Assembly: GCA_030704615.1 (NCBI GenBank)
Contig: CM060731.1
Span: 74,400,001-74,464,000, forward strand
From: Takakia lepidozioides
Taxonomy: Eukaryota > Plantae > Bryophyta
DNA: 64,000 bases
Reading direction: 5' to 3'
Numbering within the stretch: the stretch's first letter is position 1; every line of letters starts with the position of its first letter. Positions 10,521-21,839 of this stretch are shown here, piece after piece. Made by a program: the position numbers and the translations under genes. The notes beneath the pieces are model-generated. The model was not told the DNA's origin and made no database searches. It saw only the letters and a program-made list of their open reading frames with translations.

Positions 10521-13257
10521 GTGGTGTCCAATGGCGACAACTGAGGTGGCCCTGGTGCAATCACCGAACTCTCCTCCTCTCCTGACGGTACAAAAGCTTC
10601 TTCCCAAGCTTGTTGCACCCGTCCATCAGCAGCTTGCTGCAAATCCTTGCTCGTACCCCACAACGGGTGTGAGCAACCATGGCAGGCAACTCCGCCGTAC
10701 CATGCATGTCATCCTGCTCTGCTGGAGGTGGCACATCCTCTGCATGGGCATTGCCTTCCAGCAACTCTCCAGGCCAACTAACGGCAGCTGTGAAGGCGGC
10801 TAGTGTTGGCATCTTGCCCCGCTGGGCAGCTGCAATACCCCCAATGAATGTCACAGGGAGCTGTGCACGGCGACCATCCCCTGACTGCCATCCAGGCCTG
10901 TAGGATGCTGACTCCTCCCAGAAATCCAGGGTGAAGCCCATGGGGTATAACACTGCCCCACCAACGAGGACATCGTAAGAGACCGCGTCTGTCACAATGG
11001 CCTTGGCTCGCATCACTGAGCCATCTACAGGATGATCCGGCTGCAGTCTAATAGCCAACTGATGTCGTGTCATGCCGCGAGCCTGCTCTGATCCTCCCAG
11101 AGATGTCTGTATCTGGAAAGGACAAGGCTCCATATCCGCCTCCATGAGGCCCAAACCTGCAATAGCAGCTCTGCCCAACATCAGTGGCTGAGCTCCTGAG
11201 TCCAACAAGACCCGCAGTGGCCGGTACTTCTTGCCTGCCGGTCCACTCAAAGTGAAAATGCCTCCCTGGTTGTCTAACAAGACAACTCCAGGTGTCACCA
11301 TGGCGCGCTCAATGGCTGGCCTAGCTGGCAGCTCCGTCAACCTGGCAGCTGCAGCTTGCCAGGGCGCTGCCGTGGCAGTCTTGACCCTCAAATCCGAGGA
11401 TCCCTCTGCCACTACACCTTCCACTAACTCCGCAGAAGATGAAGTGACCTCCCCACTCTCACAGAGTGTTGCTGCTAGTCTGAACACTGCAGCTGGTCTC
11501 ACCCCCGGCGTCGCAATCATTGTTGCCGAGAACAGTGGGGCCTGACACACAGAGGTGGCTGCCCCCAATAACACACCGGCCGCACTAGCCTTGGCAGCAG
11601 GAGTCAATGCTGCACGTGTAGCTCTCCCCAATGGCATAGTAACCTCCGCCTCGGTAACAGTCGGGCGAGAACTAGGTGCCATGGATGGCGTTGACACAGT
11701 CTCCGCCAATGTGAATGACTGAGGAAGCCTTGCCTGACGGCTTGCCTCCCCACGCTGTGGATCCAATTCCACCTCTGCACCTCGTGGCTCAGGAACTCGT
11801 GCTGCTCCTCGAGTCACGGCTGCAGCAGACTCCACCTGCTCTAGTGGTAGTGCTGCTCCGCACATAAATCCCATGCCTCCCATATCTCCTCCCTCAGGAG
11901 CAGGAGGTGGACCATCCCGCCTGGGAGCCGGTACCGCCTGAGCTATAGCCATGGCAGCGAGCCTCTGCTCTAGCTGCTGAAGCCGGTTGGCCATGCCTTG
12001 ATCAACGCCTGACCTCCGCGTCCTTGGCCATGTTGAGCTTGCCCTTGGCCTGCACCTCGTGCCCGACCACCTCGTCCTCTCTGGGCTGGTCCACCTCGCC
12101 CCCGGCCACCATTGTTCCCTTGGAACTGGCCTGGGCGCAACTCAGGATGCAAGTCATAACACTGGGCATCTCCATGCCCATATTTGCCACAATGCCCACA
12201 CTGCAACTGTGCAGGCTGTGCTTGTGCCGGCCTTCTGCCACTCTCTGGGCAATCTCTCTTGACATGGGGTCCTCCACATGTCCAACATATCACCCCTGGT
12301 TGCTGTTGGCCTGCAAAAGATGCCACGGGCCTTTGCACCTGAGGCCCCTGTAAGCTCCATGGAACTTGGGCTGGGCAACCTTGCCCCCCTGACCACGCTG
12401 TTGGGCAGTCCCTTGTGCTTGTGGGCTGACAGCTGTGCCCCGTACAGGCATGTCCTTGCCAAATCCAATTGTAACAACTCGTTCCTCCACCATGTTGAGC
12501 TCAATCCGCTCAGCCAGCAGAAACACATCTGCTAATGTGGGTTGGGCTGCTTGTAACAGGGTTGCATCTCGCACCCTTCTCTTGAGCTCCTTGTCCAGAA
12601 TTCCATACCAAAACTGGATTGCCTGAGCTTCAGTAACCCCTTGGGTCACACTTATCAAGCGCCTCATACGAGTGTACGCCTCTCGCAGGCTCTCACTGGG
12701 TTTGCGCTGGAAGTCTTGCAAACTTCGCAGCTTCTCTGTCCGTACACCTTGGTAGTTCCTCCGCAACTCCTGGAAGAACTCCACCACCGGGTTGAATCTA
12801 GGCACATGTGTTGTAGCTGTGGCAGGAGGAGTAGTAGCACCTTTGAACTGGTACCACCTGCAGAAGTACCAGCACTACCTGCTCCACTACTAGTGCTGGC
12901 AGTGGGAGCTATTGGTACTGATGCAGCTACTGGTCGCGTCATGCCTCGAGTAATGGAGATGTAGTCAGGTGACCAATACATCCTCCACTCCTCAATCTCT
13001 GCTTCATGTCCTCGCCTGAACTCGTGGTAATCGTCCATAGGCGGGCCTTCCAAATGCTGGAACAGTCCCTTCCACGCCATGAATGGGGTGAATAGATGTG
13101 GATTGCGCATCTGCTGCAAATCACACCAGCTGTCGAACTCCTGGATAAAGTCATCCAACTCGATTGTGCCCACAGCTCCAGAGTACCTACGAGGCCCCTT
13201 GGTAGCTCCATACATCTCCTCCATGTCGTCCCACAACAATGGCGAATGAAAGTGCAC
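10521..13257 (-). CDS. gag: Gag (capsid-like region, two CCHC knuckles, RGG-rich tail) plus aspartic protease; apparent frameshifts
   Basis: QRKPSESLREAYTR, CWTCGGPHVKRDC, CGHCGKYGHGDAQC, protease VLLDSGA and YDVLVG. Confidence 0.88.
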
Positions 13258-15554
13258 ACCTGTTGATGAAGCCTCCGAGCCTGTGTCTGACTCTACAGTA
13301 ATTGAGGGGGCGGTGAAGGTGGTCTGAACCGAATACCTCGTCTTGTGAACCCACTCTCACTGTTACTGCCTGTAGCCGTACTCCCCTCAAAACCCTTGGG
13401 TAACTCCGTAATGACACTCACAATGTGCACCTCCTCCAGTGACACTATAAGGCTCTAGTACTAATCTAATAGTGACACGGGTGGGCACCTGTTGCAGTCT
13501 AAGGGTCATATCCCAATGGCTCAGGGCACCTGCACCTGCATCCACCGCAAGAACTCCTATGGTTGGCTGGTCATCAACCCAGCCTCACCATAGAAGAAAC
13601 ACTGGTGGTCTTGCTGGTCATCACTCCAGCCTCACCACCGACAGCATACTCTAGGATTGACCGGTGATCAAATCCGGCCTAATCCCTATGAAAGCAAGCG
13701 CCCACACAAAACCAACATGGCGCACAGTCAAGCATGCAGGTGTTGGGGGGGATCCAAACACAAGAAATCAAAACATCAACACCCCCACACCAAAATCCAG
13801 CAGCAACGTTGATCCTGCAGAATATCCCAGCCCAAACCCCGGACTGACTGGCCTCCACCAAGAGAGGCTTTGGCAACTACAAGTACAAGGTAATGAAAAT
13901 AGTACAGAGATGGAGGGGAAGAATAGAAGCCCGCCCAAGCAAGATCTAACCCTGATCTATGCTATCAACTTCCAGACTTCTCTCAAAGTACCTCGCTCTG
14001 CTTGATGGTAAGGTGTAGGAGGTATATCTATGTCCAGAAACCTGCCACTAACCTTGTCCCAAGCTACAGTAGCTCGCTCTAACCAACCCTCCTCCTCTTT
14101 CTGCCAGGTAGAGACAAAGCAACACTCTGCTATCTCCCGCTCACTGAACACTAAAGAAAACAAAGGTAGGGTCTGATAGTCTCTCAACTCGAAAGCTTTG
14201 AGACGGTTGCGGGTGTCTTCATTGCGAATGACTGCATCGCCTTCAAACAGAACAAACTTGTCCTCGCTAATGAACCCCGCTCGTGGTTGCCTTGTGCAGA
14301 GCGTGTCCGACTGCAACACTGTCTAATTGCACAAACTTGTGCAGCTCCTGCTCCTCTGCTCCAGTACACCACGGCCTTGTGGCTGAACACCTTGGTCCCC
14401 GGTGCTGTCTTTGGCTGTGTTCCAAGCCTAGCTTTCACCCACTTTGGTATTTCACCTACAGCTGCAGAACTGCTGGCTCCAACAGAGTTCTGACTGTCCA
14501 AGGCGATATTGAGGCCCTCAATGCCAACTACAGCAGTCTGTTGTCTACTGCTAATGCCTGACTCCCAGTATGCAATCAACTCGTCCAACTGTTCTCCACT
14601 CAAATCAGTCTGAGTTCCTTGGGAAACATAAATCCTGTCCCCTTGTGTGCACAGGCTAAGAGAAGAGACCTGCCCTTCAATTACGTCCTCATTTCCCCCA
14701 GCCATGCAAGGAGTACATCCACAGGTTTGTCTCTCATATAGGCCAGCACAGGTTCTAGAAACAGGATTGTGGATATTTCGTGGCACACTCACACTCTAAA
14801 AATTCCATAGATTTTTAGCAGAGTCCCAAAAACAGAAACCAGGTCTAGATAGGTAGATTTCCCCTTTCTACAGCTATCCCCTCAAAAACTGTGTCAAACA
14901 GAGTTCATTTGACAAAGATATGACCAATTTGGCTTTACATCATTTAAATTAGATCAAAATGCCCTGTTTTTTTTTTTTTTGAAGGTTTTCAAATTTAAAA
15001 ATTTAAAGTTACCCAAACTATCTGGTAACTGGTTCCCAGTTCCCTACGTTCTTTCCTAGGTTCCCTGGCCACGTGCCCTATAATTCGCACCTTGCTCCAG
15101 TCTTCTGCATACCGAGAGTGAGAGAGAGAGAGAGAGAGGGAATTGTGGCACTCAGTAGTGTCTTGTTGTGAAAGAGAGTGGATTCCGTGATTGCTTGCAG
15201 GCTTGCGCACCAAGAGAGGGGGAGGAAAGACATGTTTATGGACATGTTTATGGACGCCATGTACAGGCGAGGGGTCACTCACAGTCTGCTCGAGGCCTTG
15301 GTGGCTAACGATAAATCACTGAGGAGGATTACCAGCGGGAAGCACTGGACTTTGTGCTGGAGCTTGCGGGTCCCCGGCCCATTCCAGTTACGGGGGAGAA
15401 AGCCCTGGCTCCTGAATCGCCCGTCTATCCCCAGCGTAGCTCGGCTCCGCCGTTCCCAAACCCGTCGTCTCCATCCTGCAGCTGAAACTCTAGCACTTTT
15501 GTGAATGTGAACTGCTTACTGCAGGGAAGTGGGTGTATGGGAGCATTCGAGTCC

Positions 15555-16195
15555 ATAGATGCAACACCGCTTGATCAGGTCATCAACGATGCAATTGACT
15601 GGAGTTTCCGTAAGCAGAATCCAGAGGACTATTGGGCGGGCCAGGTCGAATCAAGCTGTACAATGGAAGCGGAGTGGATTCTGGCTATGCATTTCCTGGG
15701 CGTTACAGATGACCCAAAGAAAGAAAAAGTCGTGCGTTGCATTCGGAGCCTGCAAAGAACTGACGGATCCTGGGACACTTATCATGAAGCTCCTGCAGGT
15801 GACCTTAGCACCACCGTCAAGTGTTATGTGGCCTTAAAAGCGTCAGGATCCCAACCCAATGAAGCATCCATGGTAGCAGCTCGAAAATGGATTTCTGAAC
15901 ATGGTGGACTTCAATCTTTACGACTTTAGCTGCTGGGCAAGGGAAACAGTCGTCCCCCTGACCATCCTTTCTGCTCGGCGCCCAGTACGTCCGCTGCCGC
16001 TCGACTTTTGTTGTCATGAGCTCCATGAACCAGAGGACATGAAACAACATCAAAGCAAGAAAACTACTCTTTCAAATCTCGCCAGACATGTCTGTGAAAG
16101 TTTATTCCTCTACTTCGGCAAGTTCCTCATATGGTATGGTAAGAGCCGTTCCAAGCCTGGCCGTGAGGTGGCCATCGTATGCTGCTTGGCCTGAA
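15555..16195 (+). pseudogene. shc: Squalene-hopene cyclase N-terminal fragment with internal deletion, captured in the retroelement leader
   Basis: QNPEDYWAGQVESSCTMEAEWILAMHFLG, QRTDGSW, GDLSTTVKCYVALK, ARKWISEHGGL then FNLYDFSCWARETVVPLTILSARRP match the SHC N-terminal consensus. Confidence 0.85.
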
Positions 16196-16932
16196 TCCTT
16201 TGGTGACAAGATTCTGACGGCACTTGTTGTGGTGTACAACCTCCTTGGGTGTACTCGTTGATGACGTTGAGCTATATATCGCCTGCTTACTGTAGGGAAT
16301 CAGGCCAGAATACGTTCGTCGTTCGTTTCTGCTGAATTGGTCAGAAGACAATTCCAAGCCCGGAACCTAGGGCGCATACAATGCAGCAACCCCAAGAACG
16401 GAAAGCGCAAAGTTCTGCTGTTGGCGAGGCTCCATAGCAACCATATACACGGAACTCCATCCTCTGCGCATTGCGAAGAGGATGCCGCTTTTCTGCTCCA
16501 TAGCCCTGCCCCTTAACCCGCTGCATGGCGCTCTTGCATGATCAAAGCAAATGATTGACAAAGAAGCTGAAGCTAAATTTTGGTCCAAGACCAACCCCGA
16601 TACAAAAATCAATTGCAACAGCAGGCTCCTCTATAGGCTTACTGGTGAAACGATCATCCAGCTTCAAGGATCATGCATAGGTGCCAACTAGCATTTGCTG
16701 CTGCATTTTTAAGTATCTCCTTGTGTACCCCAAAGCCTCTAGTGACTTGGTAGCTTCAGCGACTGCAATAACAATGGCGGCTCTGGCATCGTCATCCTCC
16801 AGGCGTTTCAGGGCACGCTGAATCTTGTGGTCACATTCAATGATATGCTTCTCAAACTAATCACTACTTATACGCAGGTAATCTTGCAAGTGCTAACCCT
16901 CAACTCCTACCTTGCACTCACAGGTAAGAGAG

Positions 16933-16946
16933 CATCTTTCTCGAGT
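16933..16946 (-). promoter_or_regulatory. Putative self-priming primer-binding site ACTCGAGAAAGATG
   Basis: Abuts A1 and is complementary to 17127-17140 inside A1; no TGG-type tRNA PBS is present. Confidence 0.75.
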
Positions 16947-17293
16947 GATAGAAATCCATCGAACACACTGTGACACAAAACATGAAAACCAAACCATCAC
17001 TCTTAGAAAATAGTAGTCGAGCCAGGGGCACCCCAAGCTATGGGGACTCCACCCCACAACAACCTGTACCCCTACATACGCACACTCAAATCTAAACACA
17101 TGCAGGAGCTCGGTCGCGCAGGCTCAACTCGAGAAAGATGAGCCGCGCGACTGCCGCTCTCGTGAAGATAAGACGGACCAGGTGTCAAACTAAACTTGAC
17201 ACCTGATTTAACACTTGACCTAAATCCAAGTGTTAAATACAAATAACTAGTTTTATTCTAGCTGTTTTCACACTGTGCTTATTTAACTTGACA
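16947..17293 (-). repeat. 5' repeat A1 of copy 1
   Basis: Begins TGTCAAG on the minus strand; reads identical to 5417-5763. Confidence 0.95.
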
Positions 17294-17297
17294 GAGT

Positions 17298-17690
17298 GGT
17301 CAAAACCAGGAGGCACTGGGGCCAAAGGGGATCTGACAGTCCAATTTAACAGGTGCTCAGAGTAATAGATTCTATCTAGACGAGCCAGGGAGAGATTTGG
17401 AGACTCCCTGTTATTAGACCATGTAAATTTCAGCTCTCCCTCAGCTGGGGTGGCGGCGTCCAGCAAACCCACCGCCATGCATAGAGAGTCCCAAGAGTCT
17501 CTTTCAGCAACAGACAAGCCATGAACATTAGAACCGAAGCGATCATTATCAAACTCCACCATGTTAAAATCCCCACCCACAATCCAATGTTGGATGTCAC
17601 CAAGCTGCAGCATTTTCAATCTTATAAGAGACCACAGCTCTATACGTTCTTTTCTCAATGTACAATGACGAGCGGAGCTGGTGGGATAGG
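17298..17690 (-). pseudogene. LINE ORF2 APE endonuclease fragment
   Basis: WIVGGDFN, FTWSNNR, ARLDRIYYS, FDH. Confidence 0.88.
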
Positions 17691-17849
17691 GGGCAAATAG
17701 GGACTCAAGCCCTAGAATCGGGGCATGAAGGCATGCACGATGGTGGGACAACCGCGATCGCGGGGTTTGATACTCATGGGAGATGGAACAACATTCTGAA
17801 TTTCAGTAGGAGGTCATGAAAATGCTTGAGTGTTATGGAATGGGTGGCT

Positions 17850-18817
17850 CTGTAGCGATAGATGGATGGATTTTGTGTTTTCCATCAACACACAAACCAC
17901 TAAAGTTTTTCACCACAGAAGTAATACCAATCACTGGTATGTATGTAATCACTAACGCGTAACCACTGGCCGAGTGGTTCCCACCACTAGCCGAGTGGTT
18001 CCAGTTACTAAATGGTCTGTAACCACTAACTCTACACCACTCTCAAAGTGGTACCAATCAATGGGGGTCTTTAACCACTCCAGATCTACGTATACTGTCC
18101 CCGTCCACGTGGAATAATATAGTTCATAATTAAATATATTTTGAAATGATAAATCTTAAATAAAAATTGAATTATTACACGTGGAGTAGCAAGTGGTTTC
18201 AATCACCTCCCATCACTCAGGTGTCTTCAACCACTCACAACCACCCCAGAAGTAGTGCCAATCACTCACGTGTACGTAACCACTCACGTGTATGTAACCA
18301 CTCACAAGTGCCCACTTGAAGAGTGGTTCCAATTACAAAAGGGTCTTAACCACTCACATTCCACCACTGTGCAAGTGGTACCAATCACTGGGGGGTCTTT
18401 AACCACTCCAGATCTACGTATACTATCCTCGTCCACGTGGAATAATATATTTTGAAATGATAAAACTTTAAAAAAAAAATTATTACCCCTGGAGTAGAAA
18501 GTGGTTTCAACCACTTCCCATCATTGAGGTGTCTTTAACCACTCATAATTTATCACTGTACCCGTCCATGTCGGATATTATCATTATTAATATAAATATT
18601 TGACCAAATGTCGAATAATAAATATAAAATTAAATATTACACGTGGATTACTCAGTGGTTGAAACCACTTCCAACCACTCCATATTTTGCCACCGTGGCA
18701 TTTCATCGGAATTAACCACTGACCAGTGGTTACCATTACTTGGAAGTGATTTATAGAGTGATAAAATACAAGAGTGGTTAAGGGGGCCAGTGGTTATTCT
18801 GCGTTTTTCTTCTAGTG
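17850..18817 (-). mobile_element. One end of a non-autonomous CACTA element inserted in the LINE
   Basis: The minus strand starts CACTAGAAGAAAAACGCAGAATAACCAC, like the TIR at 44553, followed by dense ACCACT subterminal repeats. The other TIR was not found. Confidence 0.75.
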
Positions 18818-20160
18818 AGATAGAGAGAGGGAGATGTTTGGAAAAAAGTCCGTGAGGATCTGGCCGGTGAGCTGCAGTGTGATGTCTTTTTCTTTTCCCA
18901 CACTTAGCTCCTTGGTCATGTCTTTAGTGACCCAGACTGAGCAAAAGCCTTCCCCATCCTCCGGGAAGCAAAAGTTAGTGTAATCGTCAAAGAAAGTATA
19001 GACGAGCGGGGTCACACAGATCGCTGCCCTGTCTCTCACATAAACCGATCCTTGGGCCCAGCCAATCAAAGGCCTACTTTTGAAGGAGTGCAGCTCGAGG
19101 AAGGAAATTGCCAGGCTGGTGTTGTCCAAGAGTTGCAGCTCTTCTTGCGAGAAAGGGAACGAGGCCAAAGCTTCCTTCATCCTGACTGGGTGAAGATCAT
19201 ATGGCCGGTTGGGATGAACCCATTTGGACTTGTCTTCACTTCGTTTCCTTTTTTTGGAGGACTGGCCTGCCTGAAGTCTTTCTGCATCCGATTCCAGGGA
19301 GACTTGCACTGTAGTATCTGGAGCCACCAGGTTAAATGAAGAGCCTGCTTTGTCGTTTGGCATGCACGAGGGCTTGGAGGATTCATAGCCTTTTTGTTTG
19401 CTGAGCTTTGGGCAGTTGGAGCGAATATGGCCTTCTCCATTGCAGATGACGCAGATCGTAGAGATGAGTTCTTCTTTGATTGCAACGACTATGAACGAAT
19501 CATCCAGAGTCGGCAGTTTGATCGAGGAACCAATTCGCTCAGTCTCCGGCATTAAGACAACCAACTTAGGTACTCCGCTATCTTTGGAGGAGTCATAAAT
19601 TGCAGCTTCGTTGTCAACACTCCTGATGTTGTCTTGAACCGGCTCGTAGACATTCAACGAGCCAATGAAGGTGCCGAATCTGGCGCCAATTTCTGGTAGG
19701 GAAGTCAAGTAAGTGGCAGGGAGGTAAGGAATGGTGATGACCCTGGTTTCCACATCACACCCTCTTTGTGACCCCAATCGTGGATCCAGGGGAAGAGGAA
19801 GACCTTGATCGCAGACAACTGCGTGTTGAATTTTAGAGCCAGCGCTGCTTTCTCCGATGAACTGAAAAGGGCCAAATAGAAACCTCTACCCATGGAGAGG
19901 CAATAGTGATGGGGAAGACCTCCCTCCGCTCCGAGGTGCTCCACTATCCAAGTGCGTACCGAACTCCTGGATTTAAGTTTCCCAGGGAAATAGATGAGGA
20001 TCCCTCTTTGCGTGAGTTTTTCCATCTCTGTTTTGAGTTTTCCCTTGTCCAATTGCAGAACTGGCTGACTGGTGACCATCTGGGGTATGGAGTCGTCCCA
20101 CAATGCATCCTTTGCCCTGGGAGATTGCACGTATGTGGACGGGCTTGGGCCTTTGCCCAA
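18818..20160 (-). pseudogene. LINE ORF1 (DUF4283-like region plus zinc knuckle)
   Basis: MGRGFYLALFSS..FLFPW and CVICNGEGHIRSNC; upstream of and co-oriented with ORF2. Confidence 0.8.
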
Positions 20161-20354
20161 AATGGAATCCCCCGAACCGTTGGAAGTCGGATAATTTTTA
20201 ACAATCCATTTTGCCTTCCCTCCGCTTACCGCTTACCTTTGAATTTCCAGCTTTGCAATAAACGCGGGGATGACGAGAAGCTGGAGACTCCAGCATCTTG
20301 AAGTTGCAAAATCAAACAAAAACTCTAGTATTATCTAACATCATACACTAATCG

Positions 20355-21569
20355 GTATCCGAACCTGAGACCCCACATGCATGACCATGTATGTCTGACC
20401 ATGCATGAAGATGGGCATCCACTGAACTTCTCAGGACTTCGAAATTTTTTGAAGTGGCAGCGCAACAACCTCAGTTGCAGAGCTGTTGAGATTCGATCCT
20501 GAAACCTTCGCTTTCAGGTAAACGTACCACTGGGCTGCACGCTGCTACATTAGTAATCAATCGAATTTAATGTTAGTTATACAGAAAAAGGGACTCTAGA
20601 CTGCCTGGGGCCTACCAAGACATGGGCGTCCGTTGCGCATACGCTTGCCGGGAGCATTCAACTCGGGTCACGTACGCTTACCGGCCCGGGCGCATTCAAC
20701 TCCCCCGGGCCTTTTCTATTACTTGGCGTATTATATTGACAATTATTGACAATATGGAAAGACTCCGTTCCCCCTCAATGGGAAATCCCCGGCTGCAGGC
20801 GTCCTCGGCGCCACAGACGTGCAAGAGATTATAAGTTAAACGCGCAGCTTAAGTTTTAGTGTTCCTGCATTTCGTAGATGGCCACTGCTGGACATTGTTC
20901 TGACACTGCTCCTTCCAGTTTTCTGCCTCTCAACACATCTCCTCCTCCTGTTCCCTCCCCCCTGGTAGTGCAGCATAAGATACTTACTTCACTACTACTC
21001 TGGCACTTTGGCAGCACATTGGCCGCCTGCTTACTCTGCAGCTCTGCTTTCTTTGCAAAAACAATCACTTTTGTTCATCGGTTCTGGGTCACGAGGTGGT
21101 ATCCCCGCTCTAAGCCTTCATGGCCCCTGAGTTGGTTATTTTTTCTACTTTTCTTAATATATTTTCCAGGGCGCCTGTCCCCCTGTTTTATTTATTTTTA
21201 AATATATCTATATACTGTCAGTCAATAATCTCTAACATAATGCTGCTGATGAGCAACCCCACGTGAATGGATTCTAGAGACAGCCTGCTTATCAACCCAC
21301 ACTGCAGATTCGTGCTCCAAGGTATGCCTAACAATGCGGCAAATGGTTTTGTTTACTTCAGAGTTGATCCCTCTGCTTCATAGTGTGCACAGGCAGCTGG
21401 AAAGCTTTTTGGATAAAAAAAAGCAGGAAACAAGAAAGTCGGGGGCCCTCTACAAGCAGCTGAAAAACCACTGTTCGGAATCAGGAGATTCCCAAAGGTT
21501 GAGAGAGATATGCAGCCAGGTATAACTGATCCTCATGATGAAACAAAGACCACTGTAAGGGATTGGCTG
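20355..21569. repeat. Right arm of long inverted repeat
   Basis: Reverse complement of 1-1240. Confidence 0.93.
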
Positions 21570-21839
21570 TCTCTTAACAGGTTGTAGTAGCAGGCCCTGA
21601 TTTCATATTAGAGTGGATAGTGGAAGAAGAAATGTTCCTCAGCCCCAATCCCCTGCTGTCTTCCCTGGCACAAGCTGGGTACAAGCAAACACTGCAGATT
21701 AACCCATCATCTACCAGTTTCCATCCTCAGGCTGGGATCCCAACCTGAACCTTTCCAATGCCCATAGAAGAGATGGAGAGAGTGGCGTAGACAAGCAATT
21801 GGGCTGTAAGAGATAGAGAGACACTATAGAAACGAAAGA

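Larger units (their letters stand above)
5330..17293 (-). mobile_element. Ty3/Gypsy-like retrotransposon carrying a DNMT3-like methyltransferase and PHD-integrase, split direct repeats (copy 1)
   Basis: TG...CA ends, GAGT TSD (5326-5329 / 17294-17297), domain order gag-PR-DNMT-RT-RH-IN, PPT-like tract 5853-5864. Confidence 0.95.
2090..20300 (-). mobile_element. L1/Tx1-like LINE interrupted by nested insertions (Ty3 element 5330-17293; CACTA fragment ~17850-18817)
   Basis: ORF1 (DUF4283-like region plus CxxCxxxxHxxxxC knuckle), APE endonuclease, RT, C-terminal CCHC, and an (AT)n tail at ~2090-2103. Removing the Ty3 insertion and one TSD copy restores GFDHSIVNL in frame. Confidence 0.88.

Noticed and set aside
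9242-10663. Bacterial restriction-modification methylase or contamination
   Set aside because: It is fused within a retroelement polyprotein, is DNMT3-like, has no partner nuclease, and the surrounding DNA has spliceosomal plant genes.
6078-12964. Numerous plus-strand ORFs over copy 1 (and minus-strand ORFs over copy 2 and the PPR repeats)
   Set aside because: These are antisense shadows of real coding frames with no independent motifs.
5330-17293. DIRS/Ngaro/PAT tyrosine-recombinase element (suggested by split repeats plus a methyltransferase)
   Set aside because: It encodes an aspartic protease and an HHCC-DDE integrase, has TG..CA ends and TSDs, and I found no recombinase RHRY motifs. 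The methyltransferase is C5-type, not the DAM-like domain of DIRS.
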